A DNA stretch of 64,000 nt from Selaginella moellendorffii (taxonomy: Eukaryota > Plantae > Lycopodiophyta): the NCBI RefSeq assembly GCF_000143415.4, contig NW_003314292.1, positions 1,433,498 to 1,497,497 on the forward strand. The letters run 5' to 3'. The first letter of the stretch is position 1; each line of letters begins with the position of its first letter. A program made the translations under genes and the position numbers. Of this stretch, positions 35,442-49,552 are shown piece by piece. The notes beneath the pieces are model-generated. The model searched no databases, had not been told where the DNA came from, and saw only the letters and a list, made by a program, of their open reading frames with translations.

Positions 35442-36469
35442 TATCTAAATTGAGCCAAGATGCCTCTAAAGCTAAAACATCAAGCTAAAAACATCTTTCT
35501 AAATACATGACCTACTTGAAAATAATAGCTGTCTATTGTCTTTATATTTTTTAATCTCAATTTCTGAAAAGAGACACCAAAAAAAAAGGAACGACAAACA
35601 AGTACTTTTGTCAATGACTGGAACATTGAAAGGTGATGATAAGTTTATCTATATACTGTTTATAGTCTTGTGGTAGTCTTACGTATTCTTTGTGATATAT
35701 TTAAAACGAAACAGGACAGTATGCCATGTGGAGATCATTATCATTGTCTCGTTGGTCTTTGTAGATTCCTCGCACTCAAGGTTACCACAAGTTAGCCAGG
35801 GACACGCTCAATCAGCTCTAAGCCGAGTTGATGGCTTAGTCGTGCGGCTGTGAGTGCCATTTGGCTCTCCATCTTGCCGGATTTTCCCATCCTGTCGCTT
35901 TGATGCAAACGACCCCAGGAACACTGTCGCAATGATATTGTAGAGCAACAAGGTCTCTCAGACAAGGGAATATCTAAATGGATTTTGACAAGGAACAGAA
36001 CTTCGAGAATAGAACTGTAGAGAATGCTACTGGGCGTTTTTGTTGTAAACGGCTTGGCACAGCGCAGCCAGTGCTGATGGAACAAGGTAAAGGGAGGCCC
36101 TCAAAACCGTCAAGCTTTACCTCCTCCTGTAACTCACGAACTTTGTCGCGAGCACATTATAAGTTTTCTTCGGCAAATGCTTACATACTGATCAGTAGGC
36201 TTGAGATCTCCTGCTATAGGGTCTAGTTTTTAGGATCCTAGAAATCTACTCCGGGACAAGACGATCCAGACGTTAATACAGTTGTAAATTTTTTAAATTA
36301 GTTGTTCCGTGAAATCTAATAAGCTAAATGTCCTAAACAGCAACTTCACTTTTTTCTTTTCTTTGTTTCTTGTCAAGCTGAGAACATAGGTTTGTCTACA
36401 AGCATGAGTTTCTAAATGAATAGTCCTGCGTTCTGACATGGTTGAATTATCCTTGCTCATATTTACATT

Positions 36470-38480
36470 AAGCAAATAGTTTGACCATGACCTTAAAAGT
36501 CAATATTAGTCACATGGATTACATAATCAATACACTCTCGCAGCAAGGTGGTCCCTTCGTACTCGGTGCTCACTCCCTCCTCACCTGCCAAATACCTCCC
36601 GACCTCAAGGCTGCTGCCAAACTCGTTGCGGGAGAACGCAATAACAGCTCTCCATGCTAGGCAAGAGCGTTCACTTCCACTGGCCACGCCTTCTGAAGAT
36701 CAGCCAAGCCTCGCCACAACTCATATTGCAGTGGAGTAGAAGATGGAGGATGTTTCTGTCCTGCGTCGATACAAGTCGGGTTCTCCACGCATTAAGCTGG
36801 ACCATCTTCCCTGGGTTCTGGGTGTACATCCTTCCGCCCTACGTTGAGGAAAGGAAAGATATGTCTCCAGCCTTGTAAATCTTGGTGGAGGGAACATCTA
36901 CCGTACAAGATCTCCGGCCTTGTTGCCCACGGCCAGCCAGCAGCCCCTTGTGATTTCTTCTTGATCAGAATGAGCATTGATATCTCTTCCAGGCACCGAG
37001 GAGATCCTGAAAGCCTGCTCGCTGTATATCGTCTGGACCCAACGACGACGTGAAAGCTTTTCTATCCGACTTCGACGTCTCAACGTCGTGTCCCCACGGA
37101 TGAGTTCTTCGATGTCACGAATGAGGCTGGGCGGTTTTCCACTTGCTTGGTTCCTTGGTGGCCGGGGAGGAGTACTTCGACGCGACGGCAATGCAGTTCC
37201 AGCGAATCTGGGACCTGCTGAGAGATTGTGTGTCCCAAACGCTTATCGACGAAGGATTCATCACGGAACTTCCATGATGGAAGTTCTTCAGCAAGTCGAA
37301 TCGGCCGCGCAATATCATCATGGGCCGGGGAAAAAGCGCATTTGGCGAGGAGAGGAAGAATCCCAACAAGTTTGAGAAGGCGAAGGCCGAGCTCGCTGTG
37401 AAGATTATGGAACTCCCTCCCGCAATGTATCGGAAGCTCAAGATTATGATATGCTACGCAGCTGCAGGCCAGTTCGTCCAGTTTTTCGTGCTGCAAGCAA
37501 GAAGCGTTGATTCACTGAGAAATCTCTGTTTTCTAACGTTCTTTTGGCGCAGGGAGTCCTCACGCCAGTGACTGACGTGCTGGATGTGACTAAGCACATA
37601 CCGTTCAAGCTCTACTTCTTGTTGCTATGGCCGCTGAAACCCCGTGAGTGATGAACAAGCTCGCACCGATTCCGTACTGACTAGATCGTTGCAGGCCTCC
37701 GCTTGATACGTTTGTTCTCCATGGTCACTGGGAAGTCAAGCTCACGCTCAAGGGCGCTGTGAAGAGAATCATAGACTTCGAAGCGTATTCTTCCGAGCAC
37801 GAGGTCTGTCTTGCCGGCCTCGAGGCCGCTTACGTCGCTGCCATAGAAGGTGGCGGACATATGATTAGTAGCGTGTTCGGGCCTACACTTGAGTCCAAGG
37901 AGGTACAACTCATGCGCGAGGTGACTCTCACTGCCATCCCGAAGCACATGTAGGTTCTGACATCTCGGAATCATCAGAACGATCTTCTTCATCAGACAGT
38001 AGCAGCGGCAGTGGCGGCAGGAGGAGAAAGAGAGCGAGATTTGCGACGGTCACCAAGAGGACGGAAGCGATCAAGGAGATGACGAGGTGGAAACTCTACC
38101 ACTCTGTGCGAAGAAATATCCCGACAATGAGGAGGACATGCGCGACATGGCATATGGAGTTTTGCGAGGATTGAAAGCTTTGCACAAAGCTGGTAAGCTT
38201 TCTTAATTTTCTTTTCTTCTGTCTTTCGATCTTAGTGTCTGTCTCATCCTTGTTTGTAATCCAGGTTTGGTGCACAAGATCATGTATGACTACTTGAAAG
38301 AGAAGTACTTGCTGATCGATCTCAGCAAGAATGAAGAAGTGCCAGCGTTTCAATTTAAAGGCTGGATCGCGACAAGGCTGGAGGCCGACTGGCGCTACAT
38401 TATTTAATCCGACTTCCATCAACTCCGACTCGTACAGAAATCGAACCAAAGACTTTGGTTCATCGATTTCCACCTAGAAT
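36470..38480 (+). pseudogene. Crinkler (CRN)-like REase plus protein-kinase pseudogene
   Basis: IWRGEE..AKAELAVKIMELPPAMYRKLKIMICYAAAGQFVQFF, then MAYGVLRGLKALHKA|GLVH..YLLIDL. It is frameshifted and the catalytic-loop Asp is missing. Confidence 0.6.
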
Positions 38481-38684
38481 AAGAATACGCCATAGAAGAA
38501 GAATTAGGGCGGACGTGGATTATGCTTATTTATATTTTACCCTTAAAGTTACCATCTTAGAATTTAGGGCTCACGTAGATTATTCTTGTTCTTCCTCGGA
38601 AATGCGCGGGGACGAGGAGGATGAGCGATCCCGAGGCGTCGGGCTACGTCGTGCTGCTGCGGCGATCTGGAGGGCGGCCGGCGA

Positions 38685-39650
38685 TTGCACGCGCAGATCG
38701 TCCGCTCGAGCTGGCACACCGATCTCTTTGTCAGCAATCCGCTCCATCGCCAGCGCATGGTCGTCTTCCGCAAGCTCTGCGTCCGCAACCTCTTCACCAT
38801 CGCCACGCTTGCCCAGAACGGCTGCTTCCGCGACGCGCGATCCCTGTTCGTGGAATCCCCCCGCCATGACGTCGTTACCTGGAACTCGATGCTCACCATC
38901 GCCGCGCAGCGCCTCCGGATCGGCGAGGCGCGGGAGGTCTTCGCGCGGATGCCTGCCGGGGGCGTCGTCTCGGCGAACGCGATGATCGCAGCATTTGCCC
39001 AATGCGGGCAAATTCGCGAAGCCCAGGAGTTCTTCCGCAACGCCATGGCCGAGAGGGACGTCTCGAGATGGAAAAATCTCCTCCACGCCTGCGTCTCCTC
39101 CGGGGAGGTCGATCTCGCGCGATCGGTCTTCGATGCTATGCCGCACTGGGATTGTGTCGCGTGGTTGAGCATGATCCAGGGCTACGCCGAGCGCTGATGC
39201 ACAACACCGAGGAGCTCTTCCTCGCGCTGGATCATCCGGATCTCATGTCCATCACGTCCATGATCGCGGGCTATGGATCCGTGGGGAAGATCGACCAGGC
39301 GAGGGAGCTCTTCTCGCGGATGAAGCACTGCAACACCGTTGCCTGGAACGTGATGATCCAGGCGCTGAGGAGGCGCGGCAGGCATTCGATTCGATGACGG
39401 CGCCGAGGAATCTCTCGTCCTGGAACACGATCATCTCGGCCTACGCACAGGCGGGGCTGGTGGATCGGGCGAGGGAGCTCTTCGATCAAACCCTGGACAA
39501 GAACGTGGTGACCTGGACGGCGGTGATGCACGTGGCAGCTCCGCAAGGCGCGATCGATCCTCGACGCCATGCCGGAGCCAAACATCGGAATCCATGGCGC
39601 TCGACGGTTGCGCGCCCGACGCGATCACATTCTCGTGCCACATTGGATCG
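38685..39650 (+). pseudogene. PLS-PPR pseudogene
   Basis: HAQI..DLFVSN, DVVTWNSML, VAWNVMIQA and LSSWNTIISAYAQAG are split across frames by stops. Confidence 0.8.
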
Positions 39651-39679
39651 AGCGTGCCTTGGTAAATGGTAAACTAGAA

Positions 39680-40945
39680 CGGTACCTTCTCTCCCTGTGG
39701 GAATGCCTCGTTCAGAGCTTCAACATCATCTTCCAAAAAGACAAGCTCCTGAATCGAGCTACACATATGCGTTTGTCAACATGATCACGTCCACCATTTA
39801 CTTTTGTTTCTGTGCACAGTGGTGCTCACCTGCTGGACTTTCTTCACATTTTTTCGAAACATCCGTCCTTTCTTCCCACCTCTCTCTTCGCGTTAGAGGC
39901 CCAAAGTCGCCGTTTTTAGCTCGTTAGAGCGCTTGGCTAGATCAGTCGCCTCCTGTAAAGCCATCACCTTGAAGATATTAGTTGCAAGAAATGAGAACAA
40001 ATCACACACACACGAGTAATAACACACTTGGGCCTATTCTTGAACGCAAATATGAGGCTCACTGGTAATGTTGCCATTCCAACACCTCCAAACAACTGCA
40101 GGAAGGAAATCAGATCTTCTAGAAAACAACACATAAAACGACATTACCATGAAGAGTATTGATCCTATTATTGTGTTTAATGTGATCACGTAAGTCACAG
40201 ATAGTTTTAACCAGAGATCCAGACATATAAGCTGCACACTGTCACACAATGTTGTCAGATCAATGAAGAAAGGGAAAATGTAGAAGAAAAGGCTTACCAT
40301 GAGAGTAACATTAGAAAACAATGAGAAACCAGCCGAAACCAAGCACGAAGCCTTTGCATTGAGCGAGCTAAAATCATTGGTGAACGCCATCGTTGTGGAT
40401 GAAAGACTTCTCATGGTGAAATCGGCATAACCAATAACAACTTCAAGCAATCACGTAGAAAAAGGGTTTAAGAACAAAAGATGGAAAAAAGCTTCTTACC
40501 ATAGAGAATTCCCAAAAGGAGGCAGAAGACTGTGAGGAGTATCACCACCCACAAGAGAGCGTTCTTTACCCTTTGTGTCACAGTCCTGGAAATCACCACG
40601 AACAAAGAAAGCTTTTGAGATCATGGAGGAATAGAAAGAACTTAAGAAACTCTAGGAGGAGCTCGGTCGATCGAGTATTCTAAGAACAAGAACAAAAAGA
40701 TGGAAGATTACTTCTCCTGATCGCTCTCGTAGAAGAAGATCGCGAAAGGAATGAGGAGCACAGTGTCGATGATGTAAACCGCCCACCATAGCTGCTTCAT
40801 CGGGAGAGTGAGCTTACACGCCCCGACGTAGAGATTCTTCTCGCAGGAATGGCGATTCGCGACGTCCGCCGGGAGCATCAGGATCGAGAGTTGGGCAATG
40901 CTGAGCCCAATCACGACGATGATCTTGGGAAGATAGGCCTGATTC
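39680..40945 (-). pseudogene. LMBR1 duplicate truncated at both ends
   Basis: Collinear with about 28845-30157; lacks the start codon and the 3' exons, and has indels. Confidence 0.9.
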
Positions 40946-40956
40946 TGGAGCGCGTG

Positions 40957-43900
40957 ATGCCGGGGATCCAGCGTCTCGAGGAGCTGGAGAACGGGGAGCG
41001 TAATGCCGGTGGCGATGGATCCTCAGCTCCTCGGCCGCGGTAATCTATAGCGTGCCGGGCGGATTGAGGGATCCAGGGCGATTGTGTGTCGTGGAGCAAT
41101 GGGAACCAGCTCCAGCTCTCCTACATCGAGAATGCTGTGGGAGGCGGTGGAAGAGTCACGGAGATTCATCTGGGAGAAGGATGGGATGCCGAGAGGCGGC
41201 GACTGGCGTATGATTCTCTCCCGGCTTTTGCTCTTCTCCAGAACCAGCGGCAATTGGGCTACAACCCAGGCGACTGGTCACTGGTATGAAAAATTCTTCT
41301 CTTTTTCTCTAGAAACGCTAGTTGTGATCGCAGGTGGGAGCATGTTTTAGAATATAGCAAGAGCATTCGCAGCGTTCTCGACCAGCCCACTCAAGGCAAG
41401 GTTGCGTGAGAGAATGATGTGAAAGATTCATTTGATTTATTTATTTATTTTGTGCAGGAGGAGAAGACCTCGATGCTTAAGGCTGTGTGGGAGCTCATAG
41501 AAGTTTTCTATGTGGACAGAAGCGCGACATGGTGGCTTCCGGAGCGTCTTGTAGACTGGCTAGCGGTAAGAAGCAGTGAGTTTTTTCTTGACTTACGATT
41601 GATTTGCCTGTGAGCTTTGCAGAAGTATGACAAAGTCCTCTTGATTGATGAGGACACTGTACATTCCAAGGTAGTGTCGTTCCAGCGGAAGCTTTCCGAG
41701 ATTCAAGTAAGTTCGAAGTCTTGCAGCTTTTTGTTTTCTCTTTGTGTATCGTTGTTTAACTTGCACTTGCAGTTTCCCGAAGACGATGCAGCTTACTGGG
41801 ATGCAATGGCCTCGGCCTTGTCAGTCGGATGGCTTGACGTTGTTGTAAGTTGTAAAACTGTGCGTGTAAGTTCCATTGGTAATCTCAATCTTCCAGATAG
41901 CGTTCTTGCGGATGCATGGATCATATCGATTGGATCAGCTTGATGACCGGCAGGTTTCTTTCTCCATGCTGTTTTGTTGACTTGCGTTAACTTCCGGATG
42001 CTTTTTTATGTCTTGGCAGACTGAAAATGGCCTCGTAGAAGCAGTTACACTGCTCATTATGCAAATGCCGCGGCTGCGCCCGAGGCTCCCTGATGGAAGT
42101 CCTGGTGTTGCTATAGGTTTTAAGCCTGACTTTTCTAAGGTTTGATGTGGTTGCAGCAAAGTGTTTAGTTTCTCAGATTTTATTACATGCAGGCGAGGGA
42201 AAAATGGCGAAGTCAGGTTTCCAAGCTTGAAAATAGTGTGTTTTGGGCGGAATGCAACCACCGTGGGACGCTTCTTGGTCTTAAGAAGCTAATACAGGTG
42301 CTATTGGGAAACGTTGATGTTCTACAGCTCTCTACGTTTCACTGGATGGAGCTGCTGGTGGCGCATTTCCTACATCTGATACCTTTTTCTTTGGTATGTA
42401 TGAACTGTGTAGTGTGCTCAGTTCACTTGCAATTATCGGGTGCAGGTTTTAGATGGAATGCGTAGCATAGCTTCCAAGTGCAAAGGATTGAAAAGTTCTG
42501 GGGACGAAGACCTTCAAGAACTTTTATCTGCAATTATCAGCAACGACACCGAGGTAAATGCTCTTCCCCGTCACAGTGGAGTTTAATCTAGTACTATACA
42601 GATACTCTTGGCGAAGTGTTGGAAGGTTTTCAATGCCTGGTAAGAACTTCTCATGTCGAATATTGATATAAATTTTCTATCAGGATGATGGCGCATGTTG
42701 ATGATCTCCTGATAGCAAAAGGGGAGGACGTTCGATCTCTTCTTGAAGAAGACAGGCAAACTCTAGGCGGCTTGAGCTTGAAAGAACTCCATCGTTTGGT
42801 TTATTCTCAAGTACTGTCTTCGCACAGCTTAACCTGGCAGGTATATCGTTGATTTCTTTGTTCTTGATGTCTGTCTAACAATTATCTCAGCTAGCACCTG
42901 TTTACCTCGCGGCTTGCCCAAAGCAAGGCCTGGGAATGCTTGAAGCTCTCCTAATGAAGCAGAGTTGTTCCAATCAGATACTGGCATTGAAGGTTGGTCT
43001 TGGTGTGACGTTTTCTTGAATCTTAATGTGAATTTTGTGCAACAGGCACTAGAGATATGCCGCCTCTATGAGCTTGATACCGTGAGCACAGCCATCGCCA
43101 GGGTTTAGTATCCTCTTCCTTTCCAGGCTTGGGGTTCTCACATGTGTTTTATGTCTTCCAGGCTGTTGGTGTTCATAGTTTAAAGCATGGAAAGAAGGGC
43201 CAAGAGATAATGTGGCTTCAATTGGCCCGAGACGAGCAGAGGCTTTCTACTCTTGCGGATCAGATTTTGAACACAATAACGTCTGGTGAAGCTGATAGTC
43301 TGGATAATCTCGAGGTAGCAGTCTTACGTTTTATTTGATACACGCACACTTTTAACGCTCTTTTCCCGTGCCAGCATTTTGAGGGTCTCTGTGACATCCT
43401 TGGCTCGGGAGCAACGAAGCATCAAGGCCTGTCGTTGCTAGCAAGGTACTCACTTTATACAGTTGCGAAACTATCCGGAGCTCACTTCTAACTTCACACA
43501 GGTACAAAAGCTTTAAGGCAGCGCTGCAAAACATCAGCGATCTGCGTCGTAGGGAGGCTTCCTACACCGAAAACCTCGCTGCGCGAGGCAGAGCAGCGGT
43601 GACTTCTCTTCTCCAGGTTACCAATCCGTTCGGAACTTCTTCTTGCTCGCTAATACCCCGGCTTGCAGCTTCTAAAATCTGGAACCTTTCCACGTAAATT
43701 CTGGCTGTCCTTGCTCCAAGAATCAGTATGGAGCTGTTCTCACATCTCGTTTACACTCTAAAATTCGGATCAATCAGGTGGAGCTGCTGGAATGGCCGGA
43801 GCAAGTGCTGGTTAGCGAGTCCGAAACAAACACTCTACTCTGCTGCCTCCAGGAACTCTTCCTCGCCAGGGACCGGCTAGAGAACGACATCCTAGGCACC

Positions 43901-43975
43901 GCAGAGCCTGGCGCTTTGGATCGCCTGAGATTGGCGCTGGCATCCAACTTGGGCCGTGCCATCTTGCAAAGCTGA
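40957..43975 (+). pseudogene. Full-length NUP85 pseudogene (unit B)
   Basis: Collinear with 30397-33418. A 1-bp deletion leads to a stop at 41041-41043, and the promoter is deleted. Confidence 0.9.
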
Positions 43976-44787
43976 TCGTAGCTTGGCATAAATTCTCTCT
44001 GTCCAAAAATCACTAGCTGATTCTCAGCGTGCAACAAATGTAGTTGCTCCACCACGATCGCTGCTGCTTATGCCGGTTGTCACCACCGCTACCACTGCTA
44101 CCAGCGCCACCGCTAAACTTTGGCGAGGGGTTTCTAACATTCTCGATGGCTTTCATCAGGACGTTGTTATTGGTACGCTTGGGTGGTGGCATCAATCAAC
44201 ACCTCCCTATCCTGCCTTGGAAGTCAGGCTCCCAATCTCAGACAAGCGCAAACAAGCTTTTGCTACTCTCCCCTAACAGTGTGATTTCACCCTGTGAATT
44301 TCACCCTGTTGACGTTCACGGCCCATTTCCTTCACCATCAATTCTCCGAAGGGTTTTTAAAGTTGTAAAAGTTGACTTAGTGGACCTGTGGGTTTCCACA
44401 AGCACTGGTTCCTTTGCGACGCGATGCGGTTCCGGGCAAAGTCGTCTACTCATTTGGCGAGGAGAGGACGCTGCAATCTACCCAGAGCAATGTACGGCAG
44501 TTTATCATGCCCTAAAAGCAATATGATACCTGATTTTCTTGATATTGGGACTACTGCATGGCGTTTTCTGTTTGGTGTAAATGTGTTTAACTCGTTTTCT
44601 GCACTAAACTAATCTTTCAGACCACCCAATCACCTTTTGTTACCTGCAGGTTTGGAGGTATATGTATGAGTCAAGCTATACTTCATTTTGGGATAAACAT
44701 GTTTTGTGCACTAAACTAACTCATTTACCCCATTATAAAAATGGAGTCTTCTTCTGGTGTACATACCTCTTCTGAAGGTGAATTGCA

Positions 44788-45708
44788 ATGGCAACCCTGG
44801 CGACAATGCAGGGTGACATTGTGGCGAATTTTGATTTCAGCAAGGTAAGTGGAACCTGTCTTGCCCAAAGCAGTGCTTAACTCCTTGTGGAATGCTCCAG
44901 ATTGATGTGTGTTCCAAGAGTTCTGAGGATTACCTCCACAGCAACCTGGCACTATCGTTTGGGGCATTGAATGCAGAAACAGTGAAGAAGATGGATGAGG
45001 TTCTCAAGGTTTGCATCTCGGGAACTACCACTCTTCTCGCCAAAGTGCCACCAGAAGAGCGAACTTGGGAGAAGGTCAACTCCATGTTCATGCAAAATCC
45101 CCTGGTTGAGCCAATGGGCGATGGGGTTAGCAGAGCTGACAAGTTTCTCAACAAAAGCTCTAACGATTTCAAGTTTGATGGGTAGCTACTGTGAAAGCGG
45201 TAATAGAGTCATGTATTATGGAAGAGCTCTATTAACCTTTGCGGCCTTCTCTCGTCACAGGTTCAGGTCTGGTTTGTGAATCTCATCGCAGATGAGAACG
45301 TCCTGAAATCAACCAAGATCGACATTAAAGTTGTTGGGGAAATTGTTGCTCAGTCAGGGGCGACCATTACCAGCTTTGAAAATTTCTTTGCCAAGCATGA
45401 GCACCACGAGAAGACCATAATTGACATCGGGGTCTTAAGGTACCCTGATATGCAAAACCCGTACTTCAAGGTTTGTGCCCAGGCTGCCCTTTGTATTTCA
45501 GTCACAGCTCATGCTTACGAGTACAGGTGTACCGCATCAAACTCTTTGCTTGGTCTGATAGCAACCGTATCGTGTTCCATCAGGAGGATTCCAATGGCAT
45601 CATTGGAGGTGAGGTGTCTAATGTAAACCACTGAAGACTGCACGCTCCTTTTGTTCTATTTGCAGAGTTCACCTTCCGTAAGCTGCAGATGACATCTTTG
45701 GTTTCTAA
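44788..45708 (+). pseudogene. Orphan gene copy B (pseudogene)
   Basis: 27-nt deletion in exon 1, TAG at 45183-45185 and a deletion in exon 5. Confidence 0.85.
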
Positions 45709-46810
45709 TATCCAGACTGTGTCAATTGTCCCCTGCTTCACGCTAAAACACCTTTCTAAATAATAATCAAGTCATAGACCTTCATTTACTTGAAAATAAC
45801 AGCTATCTATTGTCTTAATATTTTTTAATCTCAATTTCTGAAAAGAGACAATCAGGGAAACAAAGACTTGATATACAAACTACAATAAAAGTAATAAATA
45901 TTTAAAACCTAGATGCTTTAGTACTTTTGTCAATGTTGCAAACTTTTGCCTTCCAGTGGAACATTGAAACGTGATGATAAATTTATCTCTGTCTATATAC
46001 TGTTTATAGTCTTGTGGTGCCCATCAAGAAGCATAAGTATTCTTTGTGATATATTAATAAAACGAAACAGGACAGTTTGCCATGTGAAGATCATTATCAT
46101 TGTCTCGTTGGTCTTTGTAGATTCTTCATGCTCAAGGTTACCACAAGTTAGCCAGGGACACCCTCAATCAGCCCTAAGCCAAGTTGATGGCTTAGTCGTG
46201 AGTGCCATTTGGCTCTCCATCTTGCTGGATTTTCCCATCCTGTCGCTTTGATGCAAACGACCCCAGGAACACTGTCGCAATAATATTGTAGAAATGGATT
46301 TTGACAAGGAACAGAACTTTGAAAATAGAACTTTAGAGAATACTTGGAACAAGGCAAAGGGTCGAGCTTTTCCTCCTCCTCTAACTCACGAACTTTGTCA
46401 CCAGCACATTGTAAGTTTTCTTTTGCAAATGCTTACGTACTGATCAGTAGGCGTGACATCTCCTGCTATAGGGTCGAGTTTTTAGGATCCTAGAAATCTA
46501 CTCCAGGACAAGACGATCAAGACGTTAATACAGTTGTAATTTTTTTAAATTAATAAGCTAAATGCGCGAATCTTTCCAAAACAGCAACGTCACTTTGGTC
46601 TTTTCTTAGTTTCTTGTCCAGCTGAGAACAGCAAGCATGAGTTTCTAAATGAATACGTCCTGCGTTCTGACATGGTTGAATTATCCTTGCTCATATTTAC
46701 GACCAGTAAACATTACATAATCAACGGCTACTTTGATTTTCTTTCTCTCGCAGCAAGGTGGTCCCTTCGTACTCGGTGCTCGCTCCCTCCTCGCCTGCCA
46801 AATACCTCCC

Positions 46811-47617
46811 TGGTATGGAAGTCCTGGTGTTGCTGTAGGTTTTAAGCCTGACTTTTCTAAGGTTTGATGTGGTTGCAGCAAAGTTTTTAGTTTCTCAGAT
46901 TTTATTACATGCAGGCGAGGGAAAAATGGCGAAGTCAGGTTTCCAAGCTTGAAAATAGTGTGTTTTGGGCGGAATGCAACCACTGTGGGACGCTTCTTGG
47001 TCTTAAGAAGCTAATACAGGTGCTATTGGGAAACGTTGATATTCTACAGCTCTCTACGATTCAGTGGATGGAGCTGCTGGTGGCGCATTTCCTACATCTG
47101 ATACCTTTTTCTTTGGCATGTATGAACTGTGTAGTGTGCTAAGTTCACATGCAATTATCGGGTGCAGGTCTTAGATGGAATGCGTAGCATAGCTTCCAAG
47201 TGCAAAGGATTGAAAAGTTCTGGGGACGAAGACCTTGAAGAACTTTTATCTGCAATTATCAGCAATGACACCGAGGTAAATGCTCTTCCCCGTCACAGTG
47301 GCAAGAACTTCTCATGTCGAATATTTATATAAATTTTCTATCAGGATGATGGCGCATGTTGATGATCTCCTGATAGCAAAAGGGGAGGACGTTCGATCTC
47401 TTCTTGAAGAAGACCTTGACAGAACTCCATCGTTTGGTTTATTCTCAAGTACTGTCTTCACACAGCTTAACCTGGCAGGTATGTCTTTGATTTCTTTCTT
47501 CTTGATGTCTAAACCGGCTAGAGAACAACATCCTAAGCACAGCAGAGCCTGGCGCTGTGGATCACCTGAGATTGGCACTGGCATCCAACTTGGGCCGTGC
47601 CATCTTGCAAAGCTGAT
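46811..47617 (+). pseudogene. NUP85 internal and 3' fragment (unit C)
   Basis: Begins at the recurrent CTCCC junction and has a large internal deletion. Confidence 0.85.
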
Positions 47618-48529
47618 CGTTTCTTCGTTGTGAAACAAAGGTAGGATTTCTTCTTCAACTGTACAATTTAAGCAAATAGTTTGACCGTAGAACTTCGCTA
47701 AAAGTCAATATTTAGTCAACATAGTCTTCTGTCATTGAAAATGTTAGCTTTTCATTGATTTTCAAAGCAATTAATCTATACACATGTACGGCTACGTTGA
47801 TTTGTTAGTCACCCTCAGAACCAAGCACTACTACACCAGCGTCGTCCCTTCGTATTCTGCAGATGCCCGCAACGCCTCCCTAGTCTCGGGCACCCGAAGC
47901 ATCTCACGCCTGCCTTGGATGGATACAAGTCGGGCTCCCAATCTCGGACAAGCCCAATCAAGCTTTTGCTACTCTTGCAAAAGGCACATGAAACGAGTGT
48001 GTGATTTCACCCTGTTGACGTTCACGGCGCATTTCAATTCACCACTCTCCGAGACTATGCTGTGAAACTTGACTTAGTGGACCTGTGGTTTTCCACAAGC
48101 GCTGGTTCCTTTGTGACGCGATGCGGTTCCAGCTACCGGCTGGGGCTGCAGTTTATCATGCCCTAAAAGCATAATATGAAACGATACCTGATTTTTGGCG
48201 TTGGGTCAAGCTAGACTACTGCACCGAAGGAGGCTTGGCGTTTTGCACCAAACGCGTTTGGTGTAGATGCGTTTCCTGCACCGAACTAGTTTTCTGCACT
48301 AAACTAATCTTTCAGAACGCTCATCCAAATCACCTTTTGTTTTTTAACCGGGTATACCTGCATTTTTGGAAGGATATGTATGACAAAGTCATGCAGCACG
48401 TGCTGCGATGAGTCACTTCATTTTGGGATAAACATGTTTTGTGCACTAAACTAACTCATTTACCCCATTATAAAAAGTGAGTGTACATACCTCTTCTGGT
48501 GTACATACTTCTTCTGAAGGTGAATTGCA

Positions 48530-49552
48530 ATGGCAACCATGGTGACAATGCAGGGAGCCTTCGGTTCATTGAAGGAGATTGGTGACATTGTGGCGAATTT
48601 TGATTTCAGCAAGGTAAAGTTGAACCTGTCTTGCCCAAAGCAGTGCTTAACTCCTTGTGGAATGCTCCAGATTGATGTGCGTTCCAAGAGTGCTAAGGAT
48701 TACCTCCACACCAACCTGGCACCATCGTTTGGGACATTGAATGCAGAAACAGTGAAGAAGATGGATGAGGTTCTCAAAGTTTGCATCTCGGGAACCACAG
48801 ACCTTCTAGCCAAAGTGGCACCGAAAGAGCGAACTTGGGAGAAGGTCAACTCCATGTTCATGCAAAATCCCCTGGTTGAGCCAATGGGCGATGGGATTAG
48901 CAGAGCTGACAAGTTTCTCAACAAAAGCTCTAGCGATTTCAAGATTGACGGGTCACCGGACCCAGCTATTGTGAAAGCGGTAATAGAGTCATGTATTGTG
49001 GAAGAGCTCTATTAACCTTTGCGGCCTTCTCTCGGCACAGGTTCAGGTCTGGTTTGTGAATCTCATCGCAGATGAGGACGTCCTGAAATCAACCAAGATC
49101 GACATTAAAGTTGTTGGGGAAATTGTTGCTCAGTCAGGGGCGACCATTACCAGCTTTGAAAATTTCTTTGCCAAGCATGAGCACCACGAGAAGACCATAA
49201 TTGACATCGGGGTCTTAAGGTACCCTGATATGCAAAACCCGTACTTCAAGGTTTGTGCCCAGGCTGCCTTTTGTATTTCAGTCACAGCTCATGCTTACGA
49301 GTACAGGTGTACCGCATCAAACTCTTTGCTTGGTCTGATAGCAACCGTATCGTGTTCCATCAGGAGGATTCCAATGGCATCATTGGAGGTGAGGTGTCTA
49401 ATGTAAACCACTGAAGACTGCACGCTCCTTTTGTTCTATTTGCAGAGTTCACCTTCCGTAAGTTTAAGCCGCGCAAGGAGACCATTGACGAGATGAACCC
49501 AGACGCCAAAAAGAAGGCTGTGGAAGCTGCAGATAACATCTTTGGTTTCTAA
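48530..49552 (+). CDS. Orphan 263-aa protein, copy C (intact)
   Basis: Same 5-exon structure with splice sites intact; no stops seen in the spliced frame. Confidence 0.82.
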
